From Desulfatiglandales bacterium (GTDB lineage Bacteria > Desulfobacterota > DSM-4660 > Desulfatiglandales > Desulfatiglandaceae): a stretch of 64,000 bases of DNA. The stretch is from contig OY762721.1 of NCBI GenBank assembly GCA_963666345.1, positions 2,144,001-2,208,000 of the forward strand, given 5' to 3'. Positions 8,965-22,088 of this stretch are shown piece by piece (position 1 is the first letter of the stretch; each line of letters starts with the position of its first letter). The position numbers and the translations under genes are program-made. The notes under the pieces are model-generated. The model was not told where the DNA came from. It was given only the letters and a program-made list of their open reading frames with translations, and did not search any database.

Positions 8965-9714
8965 TTAACGTCCAAGTATACCACGAAAAATAGAGTTCGC
9001 GGCAACAACCGCTGTGCTTTTTTCTCCCAACTGAGAGGTAGGTTTTCCCTCGAGATCATAATCGAAAACTACCGGGTCCTCAGGAATAATTCCCATCAAC
9101 TCTAAATTATATTTTTTTACCGCCTCTTCTATACGTGCCCTCTCCCCATCTTTTACCCTGTTTACGATCAAGGACTTACGTATGATATTAAGCTTCAGCT
9201 CCTCGGTCAACTCAACAATACGAGCCGCCGCCTGGATTCCCCTGATTGATGAGTCGGACACCACAATCAGATCATCGATATTGTCAGTCGTTAATCTACT
9301 GATATGTTCCATTCCCGCCTCATTATCCGTTACTACCATCTCATAATTCTTGATTAATTTCTCCAGATACATAGTAAGTAATGAATTTGCGGCACAATAG
9401 CAACCGGCGCCCTCCGGCCTTCCCATGACGATCAGGTCAAAACCGCTCGATTCGATCACCGCCTCCTGTAATTTCATTTCCATAAACACGTCTTTAGTCA
9501 TTCCGCTGGAAACACCCTTCTTCATCTCCTCCCTGGCATCGCCCAAGGTTTCACTGATCTCCAGGCCCAGCACCTCGTTAAGATTTGAATTTGCATCCGC
9601 ATCAACTGCCAAAACGGGTGTTCTACCTTCAGAAACCAGATACCTTATCAAAAAACCGGCCACAGTTGTTTTACCCGTTCCCCCCTTGCCGGCCAAGGCT
9701 ATAGAATAGCTCAT
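8965..9714 (-). CDS. cooC: CooC/AcsF-type nickel-insertion ATPase
   Basis: GKGGTGKTT deviant Walker A, DADAN, GCYC Ni-binding motif, DNEAGMEH. Confidence 0.9.
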   Translation of the reverse strand: MSYSIALAGKGGTGKTTVAGFLIRYLVSEGRTPVLAVDADANSNLNEVLGLEISETLGDAREEMKKGVSSGMTKDVFMEMKLQEAVIESSGFDLIVMGRPEGAGCYCAANSLLTMYLEKLIKNYEMVVTDNEAGMEHISRLTTDNIDDLIVVSDSSIRGIQAAARIVELTEELKLNIIRKSLIVNRVKDGERARIEEAVKKYNLELMGIIPEDPVVFDYDLEGKPTSQLGEKSTAVVAANSIFRGILGR

Positions 9715-9817
9715 TTTCTCCTCCTGAACATATAGATTTTGGTTGCTATTTTTAAAGAATTTTTCTAGAATTTAAAGAACTTAAAACATTTCAGGGCTTA
9801 ACATATACACAACAATT

Positions 9818-11119
9818 ATGCCAACAAAGAATGATACATGGAAGATCATAACTAAACAGTTAAAGCGAGAGATTCCTCAATCGGAATTCAACACCTGGTT
9901 TTCCAACACAAGCATAAAAGAACTGGACACAAGCCTGGTTGTAATAGAAGTCCCGAATAAATTTGTCGCCAGATGGCTTAACGACCATTACCTTATTAAA
10001 ATAAGGACATGCTTTAAGGACTACCTAAAATATCCGCCTGAAATAAATTTTTGTTATGAGGGTCAAGAAAAATCTCCCGCACCCGGATCGGGCGGTAAAG
10101 ACGACAGGACCTTTTCCCATCTTGTTAATCCCAACATGCGTTTTGACAATTTTATTGTCTCAAACAGCAACAGATTTGCCTACTTTTCAGCCATGGAAGT
10201 AGTAAAAAATCCGGCAACTCTCTATAATCCATTATATGTTTTCAGTAAATTGAGTTTAGGTAAAACCCATTTACTAAATGCGGTTGTGAACCATTTGGCT
10301 GAAATAGATCCTTTTAAAAAGGTGAAATACGTTTCTTTCGAAAGATATTATACGGACCTTTCAATAGCAAAAAAAAATAACGCCCTGGACGAATTCAGGC
10401 GGGGATACTTTGACCTTGATTTTTTTCTTATCGACGATATAGACCACATAAGCGGTAGGGATAAATCCCAAGAAGAGCTGATAAACCTTTTCAATTATTT
10501 TTACAAGCTTAATAAACAGATTATCATAAGCGGGAAGACCTCTCCCGGACAAATAGTAAATCTCATGCCCCATTTCAGATCAAGACTGGAATGGGGTCTT
10601 CTTACTGAGATAGAAATACCGGATCTTGAAATGAAAACAGAATTTTTGAGGCAGAAAATGAAGGATGAGGACTTATACCTGCCGGAAGACGTTATTTTTT
10701 TTCTGTCAAACAGCACAAACGAGCTGAAGGGTATTAGTAATTACATCGTAACTCTAAAGACCTACGCCTCGCTCTACCAACATGAGATAGATATATCAAC
10801 CGTTAAATCAATTATAAAAAACAAACCCCCAAACAGGATCACCATCAAAGATATCCAAAAGGCCACTGCCGAATATTTTAATATCTCGCTGAGTGATCTT
10901 CTATCAGATAAAAAAAATAGGAAATTTTCGTATCCGAGACAGATTGCCGTCTACCTGTCGAGAAAACTAACTAAACTTTCTTATAAAGGTATAGGCCGAT
11001 CCTTTGGCAATAAGGATCATTCAACCATAATTTATGCTGTAAACCGGATAGATTCATCAAAAAACAACAACCAAAGTATTTTAAATGACATAAATAGGAT
11101 ACAAAACTTTTTCTCGTAG
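9818..11119 (+). CDS. dnaA: Chromosomal replication initiator DnaA (copy 1, origin-linked)
   Basis: FNTWF, PNKF, FDNFIV..SN, YNPLY..LGKTH, IDDI, SRLEWG, PRQIAVYL, KDHSTIIYA; lies upstream of dnaN. Confidence 0.9.
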   Translation: MPTKNDTWKIITKQLKREIPQSEFNTWFSNTSIKELDTSLVVIEVPNKFVARWLNDHYLIKIRTCFKDYLKYPPEINFCYEGQEKSPAPGSGGKDDRTFSHLVNPNMRFDNFIVSNSNRFAYFSAMEVVKNPATLYNPLYVFSKLSLGKTHLLNAVVNHLAEIDPFKKVKYVSFERYYTDLSIAKKNNALDEFRRGYFDLDFFLIDDIDHISGRDKSQEELINLFNYFYKLNKQIIISGKTSPGQIVNLMPHFRSRLEWGLLTEIEIPDLEMKTEFLRQKMKDEDLYLPEDVIFFLSNSTNELKGISNYIVTLKTYASLYQHEIDISTVKSIIKNKPPNRITIKDIQKATAEYFNISLSDLLSDKKNRKFSYPRQIAVYLSRKLTKLSYKGIGRSFGNKDHSTIIYAVNRIDSSKNNNQSILNDINRIQNFFS

Positions 11120-11503
11120 TTAACTCCCATCACTGAGCATGCCGAAGGGTGGGACTGAAAAGAACAAAGGAACTCAAGTAAAGACAATGGATCCCGCAGA
11201 TATTGGATGAAAGGAGAATTTCGGTCTTGAACCGGGCTGACCAAAATTTTATTAGGACAGATGTGGAATTTTTTTTAATAACTTTTTTATTAATGATCAA
11301 AGAACGGTAAATTGGAAAGTTATTCCACTTCAGTGTTTGAATATTCAAAACCAACCGGGAATTCAATTAATAACTCTTTTAGTATTTACAACAAAATACC
11401 CGGGTAATATACAAATCAACACAGACTTTTATTATTATTATATTTATAAAAGATAAAATAATATTAAACAGATGTTAGAAAACAGATTGGAGCGGAGGCA
11501 AAA
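11120..11503. other. Probable replication origin oriC
   Basis: AT-rich dnaA-dnaN spacer. Degenerate tandem DnaA boxes TAATATACA (11405-11413) and AAATCAACA (11413-11421) are followed by TAT repeats (11430-11441). The + strand looks C-rich to the left and G-rich to the right. Confidence 0.7.
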
Positions 11504-12619
11504 ATGGAAATAAAAATTGATAGAGAAATCTTTTTAAAAAGTATCTCCAGATTTCAAAGTATAATAGAGAAAAGAAGTAACATGCCTATTCTTTCAACTA
11601 TCCTTCTGACTGCAACTGATTCTGTTGTGCGTATTTCCGCAACTGATCTTGAAATCGGATTTCAGCAGATACTTGAAGCTGAAATTATTGGTGAAGGCAG
11701 TATAACGGTATCAGGCAGGAAGCTTTTCGAAATTCTGAAAGAAAGCAGGGCGAAAATATTTCATATAAAAGAAAAAGAAAACAACTGGGTTTTTCTTTCC
11801 GATGACGTTGCACAATTTAATCTGTCCTGCCTTCCTGCAGACGAATACCCTACCTTTGTTGAACCGATGGATGTAAATATGGTTGAAATAGAAGGAAATA
11901 TCCTCAGCGAAATGATCAATAAAACAATATATGCCGTGACAATGGAGGATGCAGGATTTAAGCTTTCGGGAATATTTACTGAAAAGACTGAATTTGAAGG
12001 GAATTCTTTTTTAAGGATGGTTGCAACCGACGGTCACAGGTTATCTTTGATTGATAAAACATTTTCTAATATTGATAAACTGGAATTAGGATCAGGCGTT
12101 GTTATTCCTAAGAAGGGAATGTCGGAAATTAATAAACTTGCCTCAGACGGCGGCACTGTTATGCTAGGTTTCAAGGATAAAAACTGTGTTGTTAAAAAAG
12201 ATAATACCCTCCTGATAATTAGGCTGCTTGAAACAAAATTTCCGGATTATCATGCCGTAATACCGAAAGATTCTAAATTCAAGATAGATGTAGACAGGGT
12301 ACTTATAAACGATGCCATGAGAAAAATGCTTATACTTAGCAATGAGCGGTATCGGGCGGTAAAAATTATATTGGATAAGGATCTAATGGAGTTGTTTTCA
12401 ACAAATCCTGATCTGGGAGAGGCTCATGAAAGCATCCAGGTAAAGTATAACGATGAACGAATGGAAATAGGTTTCAATCCCAGATATTTTATCGACACTC
12501 TCCAGGCTATGGAAAGTGATCTGATAAGTTTGAGCTTTTTAGACAGTCTCAAACCTTGCGTGATAAGAGGTCAAGTAGATGAAGGTTTTGTGGGGCTTAT
12601 GATGCCTATGAGGTTATAG
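11504..12619 (+). CDS. dnaN: DNA polymerase III beta sliding clamp
   Basis: PILS, ATDLE, VATDGHRL, FPDY, GFNPRY, MPMRL; 371 aa. Confidence 0.97.
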   Translation: MEIKIDREIFLKSISRFQSIIEKRSNMPILSTILLTATDSVVRISATDLEIGFQQILEAEIIGEGSITVSGRKLFEILKESRAKIFHIKEKENNWVFLSDDVAQFNLSCLPADEYPTFVEPMDVNMVEIEGNILSEMINKTIYAVTMEDAGFKLSGIFTEKTEFEGNSFLRMVATDGHRLSLIDKTFSNIDKLELGSGVVIPKKGMSEINKLASDGGTVMLGFKDKNCVVKKDNTLLIIRLLETKFPDYHAVIPKDSKFKIDVDRVLINDAMRKMLILSNERYRAVKIILDKDLMELFSTNPDLGEAHESIQVKYNDERMEIGFNPRYFIDTLQAMESDLISLSFLDSLKPCVIRGQVDEGFVGLMMPMRL

Positions 12620-15082
<2,463 letters not shown>

Positions 15083-15112
15083 AAAAACAAGAAATTGGTC
15101 TGGAGAATTTTG

Positions 15113-17533
15113 ATGATTAGCGATTTTAAAATTGATTCCGTAAATATAGAAGATGAAATGAAGAAGTCCTATCTTGAATACTCAATGAGTGTCATTGTAG
15201 GAAGAGCACTGCCCGATGTAAGAGACGGTCTGAAGCCTGTTCATAGAAGAGTCTTATATGGAATGCATGAGTTGAAAAATTTTTATAACAGGCCTTTCAA
15301 GAAGTCTGCAAGGGTGGTGGGTGACGTTATAGGTAAATATCATCCTCATGGAGATGCGGCTGTTTATGACACCATAGCCAGAATGGCACAGGATTTCTCT
15401 ATGAGATATACCATCGTGGACGGTCAGGGGAACTTCGGATCCGTAGATGGAGACCCCCCTGCTGCTATGCGTTATACCGAAGTAAGAATGACTAAGCTGG
15501 CTCAGGAATTTTTGAGTGACATAGAAAAGGAAACCGTAGACTTCAGGCCGAACTATGATGAATCTCTAAGTGAACCGGTTATTCTACCGACCAGGGTACC
15601 AAACCTGCTTGTGAACGGCTCTTCCGGAATAGCCGTCGGAATGGCTACGAATATTCCGCCTCATAATCTTGGGGAAATTTGCCGGGCCGTTATCAAGATG
15701 ATAGATGATCCGGATGTAACTTTAAAGGAATTGATGGGAATGGTGCCGGGGCCCGATTTTCCTACGGCAGGTTTCATATTGGGGAAAAGAGGGATACAGG
15801 AAGCGTATAAAACGGGAAGAGGTATAATAAAAATAAGGGCCCGAGCATTTGTTGAAAAGTTAGCTCATAACAAGGAGAGAATTGTTGTATCGGAGATCCC
15901 CTACCAGGTTAACAAGGCAAAACTTCTTGAAAAGATAGCCGAACTTGTAAGGGATAAGAAAATTGAAGGAATTTCAGATATCAGGGATGAATCCGACCGA
16001 GACGGAATGAGAATTGTTGTAGATGTGAAGCGTGAAGGAAAGGCCCTTGTGATTCTAAACAGACTCTATAAGTACACGCAGATGGAGACATCTCTGGGAA
16101 TTATTCTGCTGGCCATTGCCAACAACAGACCTGAGGTTTTGACGCTTAAAAAAATAATCAAATATTTCATAAGCCACAGGCGTGAGATAATAATTCGGAG
16201 AACAATTTATGATTTGAAAAAGGCCGAAGAGCGCGCGCATATACTGGAAGGGCTTAAAAAGGCTTTAGATTTTCTCGATGATATAATTGAACTAATTCGA
16301 TCTTCTACAGATCCAGGAGAAGCAAAGGCAAGACTCATCAGGGAATTTGAATTTTCCGAAATACAGGCGCAGGCGATACTTGACATGCGTCTTCAGCGAT
16401 TAACCGGACTGGAAAGGGAAAAGATAAATGCCGAGTACCAGGATCTCATAAAAAGCATCTCAAAATTAAAGGCTATCTTGGGTAGTCAGGCTATGGTTTC
16501 GGAGATCATAAAGGGCGAAATGAAGGAAATTGAATCAAAACATGGAAATGAGAGAAGGACAGAAATACTTGAGGATGCTGATGAATTAGAATTAGAGGAT
16601 CTTATCGCCAATGAGGATATGGTGGTTACAATAAGCCACGAAGGATATATCAAACGAAATCCGATAAGCCTTTATCGTGCACAGAGAAGAGGAGGTAAGG
16701 GATTAACCGGGGTAAAGACCAAGGCCGAAGATTTCGTGGAACTGCTGTTTGTGGCCTCCTCCCATGATTATCTTATGTTTTTCACAAATAAGGGAAGGGT
16801 GTACTGGAAAAAGGTCCATGAAGTACCGGAGGGCAGTCGGATGGCCCGTGGAAAGGCCATTGTGAATCTTCTTGATCTCCAGAAGGGAGAAAAGGTCGCA
16901 ACGACGCTTGCCGTGAAGAACTTCGAGGAAGGAAAATACGTGGTAATGGCCACAAAGAACGGGATTGTAAAGAAAACTGAACTGAAATCCTATAGTCATC
17001 CCAGGATCACCGGGATTTTAGGAATAAAGATACGAGAAGATGATGAACTTATTGCCGTTCGTGTTACAAGCGGGGAACAGGATATTTTTCTGACGACGCA
17101 AATGGGTAAATCGCTTAGATTCAATGAATCACAGCTTCGAAGTATGGGCCGGGTCGCCTCCGGAAACATAGGGATAAGACTCGGAAAAAGGGATGCGGTG
17201 GTCGGAATGGAAGTCCTTGAGGAGGGAGCTACCATCCTTACTGTAACGGAAAACGGTTTTGGAAAGAGAACTAAGACCGAGGAATATAGGTGCCAGGCAA
17301 GGGGTGGAAAGGGAATATTTACAATTAAGACCAGCCAAAGAAATGGACTGGTAGTATCCTCATACCGGGTAACAGATCAAGACGAATTAATGATAATAAC
17401 AGGTCATGGAAAGATTATTCGCTTGAGGGTGGGGGATATATCGATAATTGGAAGAAATACGCAGGGAGTTACGCTTATCAACCTGGAGGAGGGAGAAAAG
17501 GTTGTGGGTGTGGCAAAGCTGATGGATGATTAG
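15113..17533 (+). CDS. gyrA: DNA gyrase subunit A
   Basis: [22 protein letters not shown], GyrA box QRRGGKG. ATG 15113 follows GGAG. Confidence 0.97.
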   Translation: MISDFKIDSVNIEDEMKKSYLEYSMSVIVGRALPDVRDGLKPVHRRVLYGMHELKNFYNRPFKKSARVVGDVIGKYHPHGDAAVYDTIARMAQDFSMRYTIVDGQGNFGSVDGDPPAAMRYTEVRMTKLAQEFLSDIEKETVDFRPNYDESLSEPVILPTRVPNLLVNGSSGIAVGMATNIPPHNLGEICRAVIKMIDDPDVTLKELMGMVPGPDFPTAGFILGKRGIQEAYKTGRGIIKIRARAFVEKLAHNKERIVVSEIPYQVNKAKLLEKIAELVRDKKIEGISDIRDESDRDGMRIVVDVKREGKALVILNRLYKYTQMETSLGIILLAIANNRPEVLTLKKIIKYFISHRREIIIRRTIYDLKKAEERAHILEGLKKALDFLDDIIELIRSSTDPGEAKARLIREFEFSEIQAQAILDMRLQRLTGLEREKINAEYQDLIKSISKLKAILGSQAMVSEIIKGEMKEIESKHGNERRTEILEDADELELEDLIANEDMVVTISHEGYIKRNPISLYRAQRRGGKGLTGVKTKAEDFVELLFVASSHDYLMFFTNKGRVYWKKVHEVPEGSRMARGKAIVNLLDLQKGEKVATTLAVKNFEEGKYVVMATKNGIVKKTELKSYSHPRITGILGIKIREDDELIAVRVTSGEQDIFLTTQMGKSLRFNESQLRSMGRVASGNIGIRLGKRDAVVGMEVLEEGATILTVTENGFGKRTKTEEYRCQARGGKGIFTIKTSQRNGLVVSSYRVTDQDELMIITGHGKIIRLRVGDISIIGRNTQGVTLINLEEGEKVVGVAKLMDD

Positions 17534-17558
17534 AGACCTGAAGTAAGAGAAGAATGTT

Positions 17559-18578
17559 ATGAATGAAAATAGACGGAATATCGCTGTTATAGGAGCGGGC
17601 AGTTGGGGAACCGCTCTTGGAAATCTGCTGGCGGAGAAGGGGTTTAATGTCGATCTGTGGGTAAGGGAGGATGATGTTTTTCATCAGATACGCAAAGAGA
17701 GGGAAAACAAGGTGTTTCTGCCCGGTATAAGGCTCTCAGATGGTTTAAATGCGGTAAATAGCTATGAGGAGGCCCTACTGGGTAAAGAACTTGTTTTGAT
17801 TGTGGTTCCTTCTCATGTTTTCAGAAAGGTATTGAGGGAAATGAAGCCGTATGTGAACAACGGGATGTCCCTTATCACTGCGACAAAAGGTATTGAAAAC
17901 GAATCGCTTGAAGTAATGTCCGGTGTTGCATCAGCTATTTTGGGTAATGAGTATCTGGAGAAGTTTTCATGTCTGTCAGGACCAAGCTTTGCAAAAGAGG
18001 TGGTAAGAAGGTTGCCCACCGCCGTTACTATAGCATGCAGGGATGCAAAGCATGCCAAGCGAATGCAGGAGGTTTTCTACACTGAACATTTCCGTGTGTA
18101 TGTAAGTGACGATATCATGGGTGTGCAGCTTGGTGGCGCATTGAAAAATGTTGTAGCTATCGCGGCCGGGGCTTCAGACGGTCTTAGATTCGGGTATAAT
18201 GCCAGAGCGGCACTGATAACAAGGGGGTTGGCGGAAATATCCAGGCTGGGTGTGTCAATGGGGGCTAATCCGCTTACGTTTGCAGGATTGGCAGGAATGG
18301 GTGATCTTGTGCTTACATGTACCGGGGATCTCAGCAGAAACCGGAGCGTGGGGATAAAGATCGGTGAAGGCATGTCAATTGAAGAGATCACCGGAAGGAT
18401 GAAAATGGTTGCAGAGGGAGTAAAAACTACAAAATCTGCATTTGAACTGGGCAGAAAAATGGGAGTGGATATGCCGATAATAAATCAGGTTTACAATATA
18501 ATCTATGAGAAGAAAAAACCTGAAAAGGCTGTAAGAGATCTGATGAAGAGAAAATTGAAGGCGGAGATTGAGTCTTGA
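17559..18578 (+). CDS. gpsA: NAD(P)H-dependent glycerol-3-phosphate dehydrogenase
   Basis: GAGSWGTA, TKGIE, SGPSFA, GGALKNV, GDLVLTC..SRN. Confidence 0.95.
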   Translation: MNENRRNIAVIGAGSWGTALGNLLAEKGFNVDLWVREDDVFHQIRKERENKVFLPGIRLSDGLNAVNSYEEALLGKELVLIVVPSHVFRKVLREMKPYVNNGMSLITATKGIENESLEVMSGVASAILGNEYLEKFSCLSGPSFAKEVVRRLPTAVTIACRDAKHAKRMQEVFYTEHFRVYVSDDIMGVQLGGALKNVVAIAAGASDGLRFGYNARAALITRGLAEISRLGVSMGANPLTFAGLAGMGDLVLTCTGDLSRNRSVGIKIGEGMSIEEITGRMKMVAEGVKTTKSAFELGRKMGVDMPIINQVYNIIYEKKKPEKAVRDLMKRKLKAEIES

Positions 18579-18648
18579 TGAGATTTTAATAGGGCTGTTC
18601 ATGATTCAGGTTTGAATAAAATAGGAATAACAGGTACAGAGGAATTAT

Positions 18649-18840
18649 ATGGCAGCCATAAAACCAAAAGGGGAAAAGATCCGGCAGGCGGTAAAATGGA
18701 TATCGGATAAGCTGAAATCGGGACAAAACGATACTGTGTTGACCCTGGTGACAGAGGCCTCATTAAAGTATAACCTTTCACCCAGGGAAGAGGACTATCT
18801 TCTGAGTTTTTATAAGAAGAATACTAATGATGAAAAATAA
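18649..18840 (+). CDS. Small hypothetical protein (63 aa)
   Basis: AGAGG SD, ATG start, protein-like helical sequence, sits in an otherwise empty spacer. Confidence 0.65.
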   Translation: MAAIKPKGEKIRQAVKWISDKLKSGQNDTVLTLVTEASLKYNLSPREEDYLLSFYKKNTNDEK

Positions 18841-18929
18841 TTACGCAAGGAAATTAGGCGCTTATATTAGACTTGGGGCTGTTTTTCAAGGAGAATGAAA
18901 TAACTAGATTTTCAATGAAGCAAGGGAAA

Positions 18930-20276
18930 TCAATTTCTGGAATTATGAAGCCTTTTACTTAAAAACTGAACCTGCCTTCTTGTCTTCTCATCTTTTTTCA
19001 TATTAGCTTCGATTAGTTCTGAAGCGTATAACACAGTGGAATGACTGCGATTAATAGTTGCGCCTATTTCTTCAAGGGTCTCGTCCGTATACCTTCTGGA
19101 TAGGTAGGCACAGATATTTCTCGGTAATACGTATATCTTTTTGCGGGATTTGGAGCTGACCATTTCAGGGTCAATGTTGTAGTATTTTGAAACCAGCTGT
19201 TTGACATCCTGGCTGGATATAGAGGCCTCTGAAGTTACCAGGCAGTCTACGACTTCCTTGGCAAGGTCGAGATCTATTTTTACATTAAGAAGGGCGGATT
19301 TGGCACTGAGGGAATTAAGGGCACTTTCCATTTGGCGGACATCCCTTGTAAGTCTGCCGGCAATGAAGTGGATTATCTCGTCGGCGAGATTCAGGTTCTT
19401 TTCAAAGGCCTTTTCAGATAATATCTTTACCCTTGTTTCATAATCGGGGTTATCTATGGTGCTGACCAGGCCGCATGTAAGCCTTGATGAGAGCTCTTTT
19501 GACATGCGGGGGATATCCTTTGGGGGAAGAGAACTGGTGAAGATTAATTTTTTATTGTCATTGCAAAGGGCATCAAGGGTATATCCCAGTTCCACCTGAG
19601 TTTTTTCTTTTCCGCTCAGAAAATGGATCTCTTCCAAAAGCAGTACATCACAGGAACGCCGATACCTGTTTTTGAATTCATCGATGCGGTTGTTTCTGAT
19701 AGAAGAAATCATTTCGTTGGTGAAATCCTCTGCAGTTATGTAGAAAACCTTGGCCTTTGGGTTGATGTGCATGATTTTGTTACCCACGGCCTGAGAAAGA
19801 TGGGTCTTCCCCAGTCCGGTTTTGGCCAGCATTAGCAGGGTATTGTAATGCCGGGATTGGCTGCGGGCAAGCTCCTGGGAGGCTGAATAGGCGAATTCAT
19901 TTGACGGTCCGACTATAAATCGGTCAAAGGTGAAGCCCTTGTTGAAGAATTTGAAGCTGGAGCCTGAAGTCTTAAAATTGGGGAGAGTAAGTTGCTTTGG
20001 GCCTTTGGAGTCGGAAGGGTTGGGATTTGATTTGATTTTACGATCTACATCGAAGCACAGATCCAAATGTCGATTGGTTGTGGAATTTAATTTATCCAGG
20101 ATAAGTTCATAATAATTCTGCTTGACCCAGTTGCAGGAAAATTTATTCGGAAATCCAAGAGTTAATGTATTGCCGTCATTAGATACAAAAGATATCGGTC
20201 GTATCCAGAGTGAGAAGGTGTTTTTCGGGATTTCATTGCTAAGCTGGTTCTTTATCTCCTCCCAACAGACCTTCAT
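18930..20276 (-). CDS. dnaA: DnaA paralog (copy 2), full length
   Basis: FSLWI, PNKF, FTFDRFIVG.SN, TGLGKTH, SSRL, DVRQME, domain IV LPRN..YL..IG..RSHSTV; 448 aa. Confidence 0.88.
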   Translation of the reverse strand: MKVCWEEIKNQLSNEIPKNTFSLWIRPISFVSNDGNTLTLGFPNKFSCNWVKQNYYELILDKLNSTTNRHLDLCFDVDRKIKSNPNPSDSKGPKQLTLPNFKTSGSSFKFFNKGFTFDRFIVGPSNEFAYSASQELARSQSRHYNTLLMLAKTGLGKTHLSQAVGNKIMHINPKAKVFYITAEDFTNEMISSIRNNRIDEFKNRYRRSCDVLLLEEIHFLSGKEKTQVELGYTLDALCNDNKKLIFTSSLPPKDIPRMSKELSSRLTCGLVSTIDNPDYETRVKILSEKAFEKNLNLADEIIHFIAGRLTRDVRQMESALNSLSAKSALLNVKIDLDLAKEVVDCLVTSEASISSQDVKQLVSKYYNIDPEMVSSKSRKKIYVLPRNICAYLSRRYTDETLEEIGATINRSHSTVLYASELIEANMKKDEKTRRQVQFLSKRLHNSRN

Positions 20277-20356
20277 CTATTTCTCCCGGTTTTTAACAGA
20301 ATTAACGTTTATGTTGAAAAGTGAATTGAAATGAATCAAACAGGATGTTAATCGTA

Positions 20357-20384
20357 TTTATACGAATGGGTGTTTAGATGTCAA
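20357..20384 (-). promoter_or_regulatory. Putative sigma70 promoter of dnaA copy 2
   Basis: Minus strand TTGACA-N16-TATAAA. Confidence 0.45.
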
Positions 20385-20827
20385 AGCTCGTTGATGAGAG
20401 GCAAAAGTTATGTGAGATACTCTTTTTGACATAAGGTAACGTATTCGGCTCACAAGGGAAATCGGCAGTGTCGGTGTAAGTCACCGAGAAGGTGACGTTT
20501 TTTAGAATATAAAATTGGACCAAAAAACAATTACTTAAGCAAAAGAGCTGCGTTGTTTAAAAAAATATCCACATTGGAGATCATTAAAATACTACGATTT
20601 ACGCAGTTTTTTAATGATATTCATTTTCTTATAGGGGATATTTTGGATAATAAAATGATAGTGATATATGGTGAAAGTTAGGAAAGAAAATTGCATGAGC
20701 TGTAACTTATTTATATTGCAAGGTAAAAATAGAATAAAAAGAGCCTGCTGCCGGAGGTTAACTCTATTTTAAAAATTATATTAAAAAACAAAGAGGTGCA
20801 TTTTCTGTAAATGGGGGAAAATTGCTG

Positions 20828-21754
20828 ATGAACAAGAAAAGGATAGTTGTAATTGCGGGAGGTTGGTCTAAAGAAAGGGAGATTTCTCTTGATAGCGGTA
20901 GGGCTGTGTACGATGCCATCGATAGAAATCGTTACGATGTAATGATGTGCGACCCGTTGAATGGGCTTGAAAGGATAATGGAAGGTAGGGATTCCATTGG
21001 ACTTGCCTTTGTGTTGCTTCATGGGCGGAGCGGTGAGGACGGATCGATGCAAGGGTTTCTTGAGACTTTGGGGATTCCCTACGTCGGGTCGGGGGTTCTT
21101 GCAAGTGCGATGGCAATGAACAAACATAAGGCAAAACAGATATTCAGGGCTAACGATATTAAGGTCGCCGATGACATTTTAGTGAGAAAAGATGAACAGG
21201 TAACTGCTTGTAATATATTTAAAATGCTTGGTGAAACGGTCGTAACAAAGCCCGTAACTGAAGGATCAAGCATCGGCATGTCTATCTGTAGAAGCGAAGA
21301 AGAGTTTGACAGGGGATTTGAGATGGCCGCGGGACACGGAAGTGAGGTTATGATCGAATCGTACATAAAGGGAAGAGAGGTGACATGCTGTATCCTTGGA
21401 AATTCAAAACTTGAAGCCCTGCCTATAGTGGAGATTGCACCTGGAGAAGGGCACCTCTTCTTTGACTACGAGGCAAAATACACCAGCGGAGTCGCGGCGG
21501 AAATCTGCCCGGCCCGGATTGATGAAAAAATTGCTGAAGGGGTGAAAAAAATTGCTCGAAAAGCTCATGTAGCGCTTTGCTGCAAGGTGTGGAGCAGGAC
21601 AGACATGATTATTAGGGGAGATGATATTTTTGTGCTTGAGACAAATACGATCCCTGGAATGACTACCAACAGCCTGTTTCCGCTCGCTGCTAGAACGGGG
21701 GGTGTGCCATTTCCTCAACTCGTTGAAATACTTATTGAATTATCAATAGAATAA
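20828..21754 (+). CDS. ddl: D-alanine--D-alanine ligase
   Basis: GG.S.ERE.SL.SG, LHG..GEDG, GSSIG, FDYEAKY, ETNTIPG. Confidence 0.95.
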   Translation: MNKKRIVVIAGGWSKEREISLDSGRAVYDAIDRNRYDVMMCDPLNGLERIMEGRDSIGLAFVLLHGRSGEDGSMQGFLETLGIPYVGSGVLASAMAMNKHKAKQIFRANDIKVADDILVRKDEQVTACNIFKMLGETVVTKPVTEGSSIGMSICRSEEEFDRGFEMAAGHGSEVMIESYIKGREVTCCILGNSKLEALPIVEIAPGEGHLFFDYEAKYTSGVAAEICPARIDEKIAEGVKKIARKAHVALCCKVWSRTDMIIRGDDIFVLETNTIPGMTTNSLFPLAARTGGVPFPQLVEILIELSIE

Positions 21755-21839
21755 GTGGGGTGTTTGGCCGAAGAATAGTGCCCCATGCCGTATGCTTCCG
21801 TGATGTTTTTTTCTGCCGGGCGGTGTGAAGAAAACGGGA

Positions 21840-21855
21840 TGTTTCACGTGAAACA
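21840..21855. promoter_or_regulatory. parS: parS centromere site (ParB-binding)
   Basis: Perfect palindrome TGTTTCACGTGAAACA about 230 bp upstream of parA. Confidence 0.92.
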
Positions 21856-22088
21856 TTGTTTTGCCTTTTCAAAGCATAAGTATTGTGCTATCAACTTCTC
21901 AAACTGCCGGATCGAATAAAGCATGGTCGCTCCGGTCAAAGGCGGGTAAGGCTTTGCCCTTTAACGGTTTGCAATCATGGAGTGTCCTTTTTATGTATGC
22001 GGCCCCTGTTTCTTTTTTTGTAAAAGCGGCACACGGATAATGTGATGACAATCTCTTCTTGTACTAACAGCGGGGTTCAGGGCATCTG

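Noticed and set aside
18930..20276. Second dnaA as Hda or a pseudogene
   Set aside because: It has domains I and IV and an uninterrupted 448-aa frame, whereas Hda is AAA+ only.
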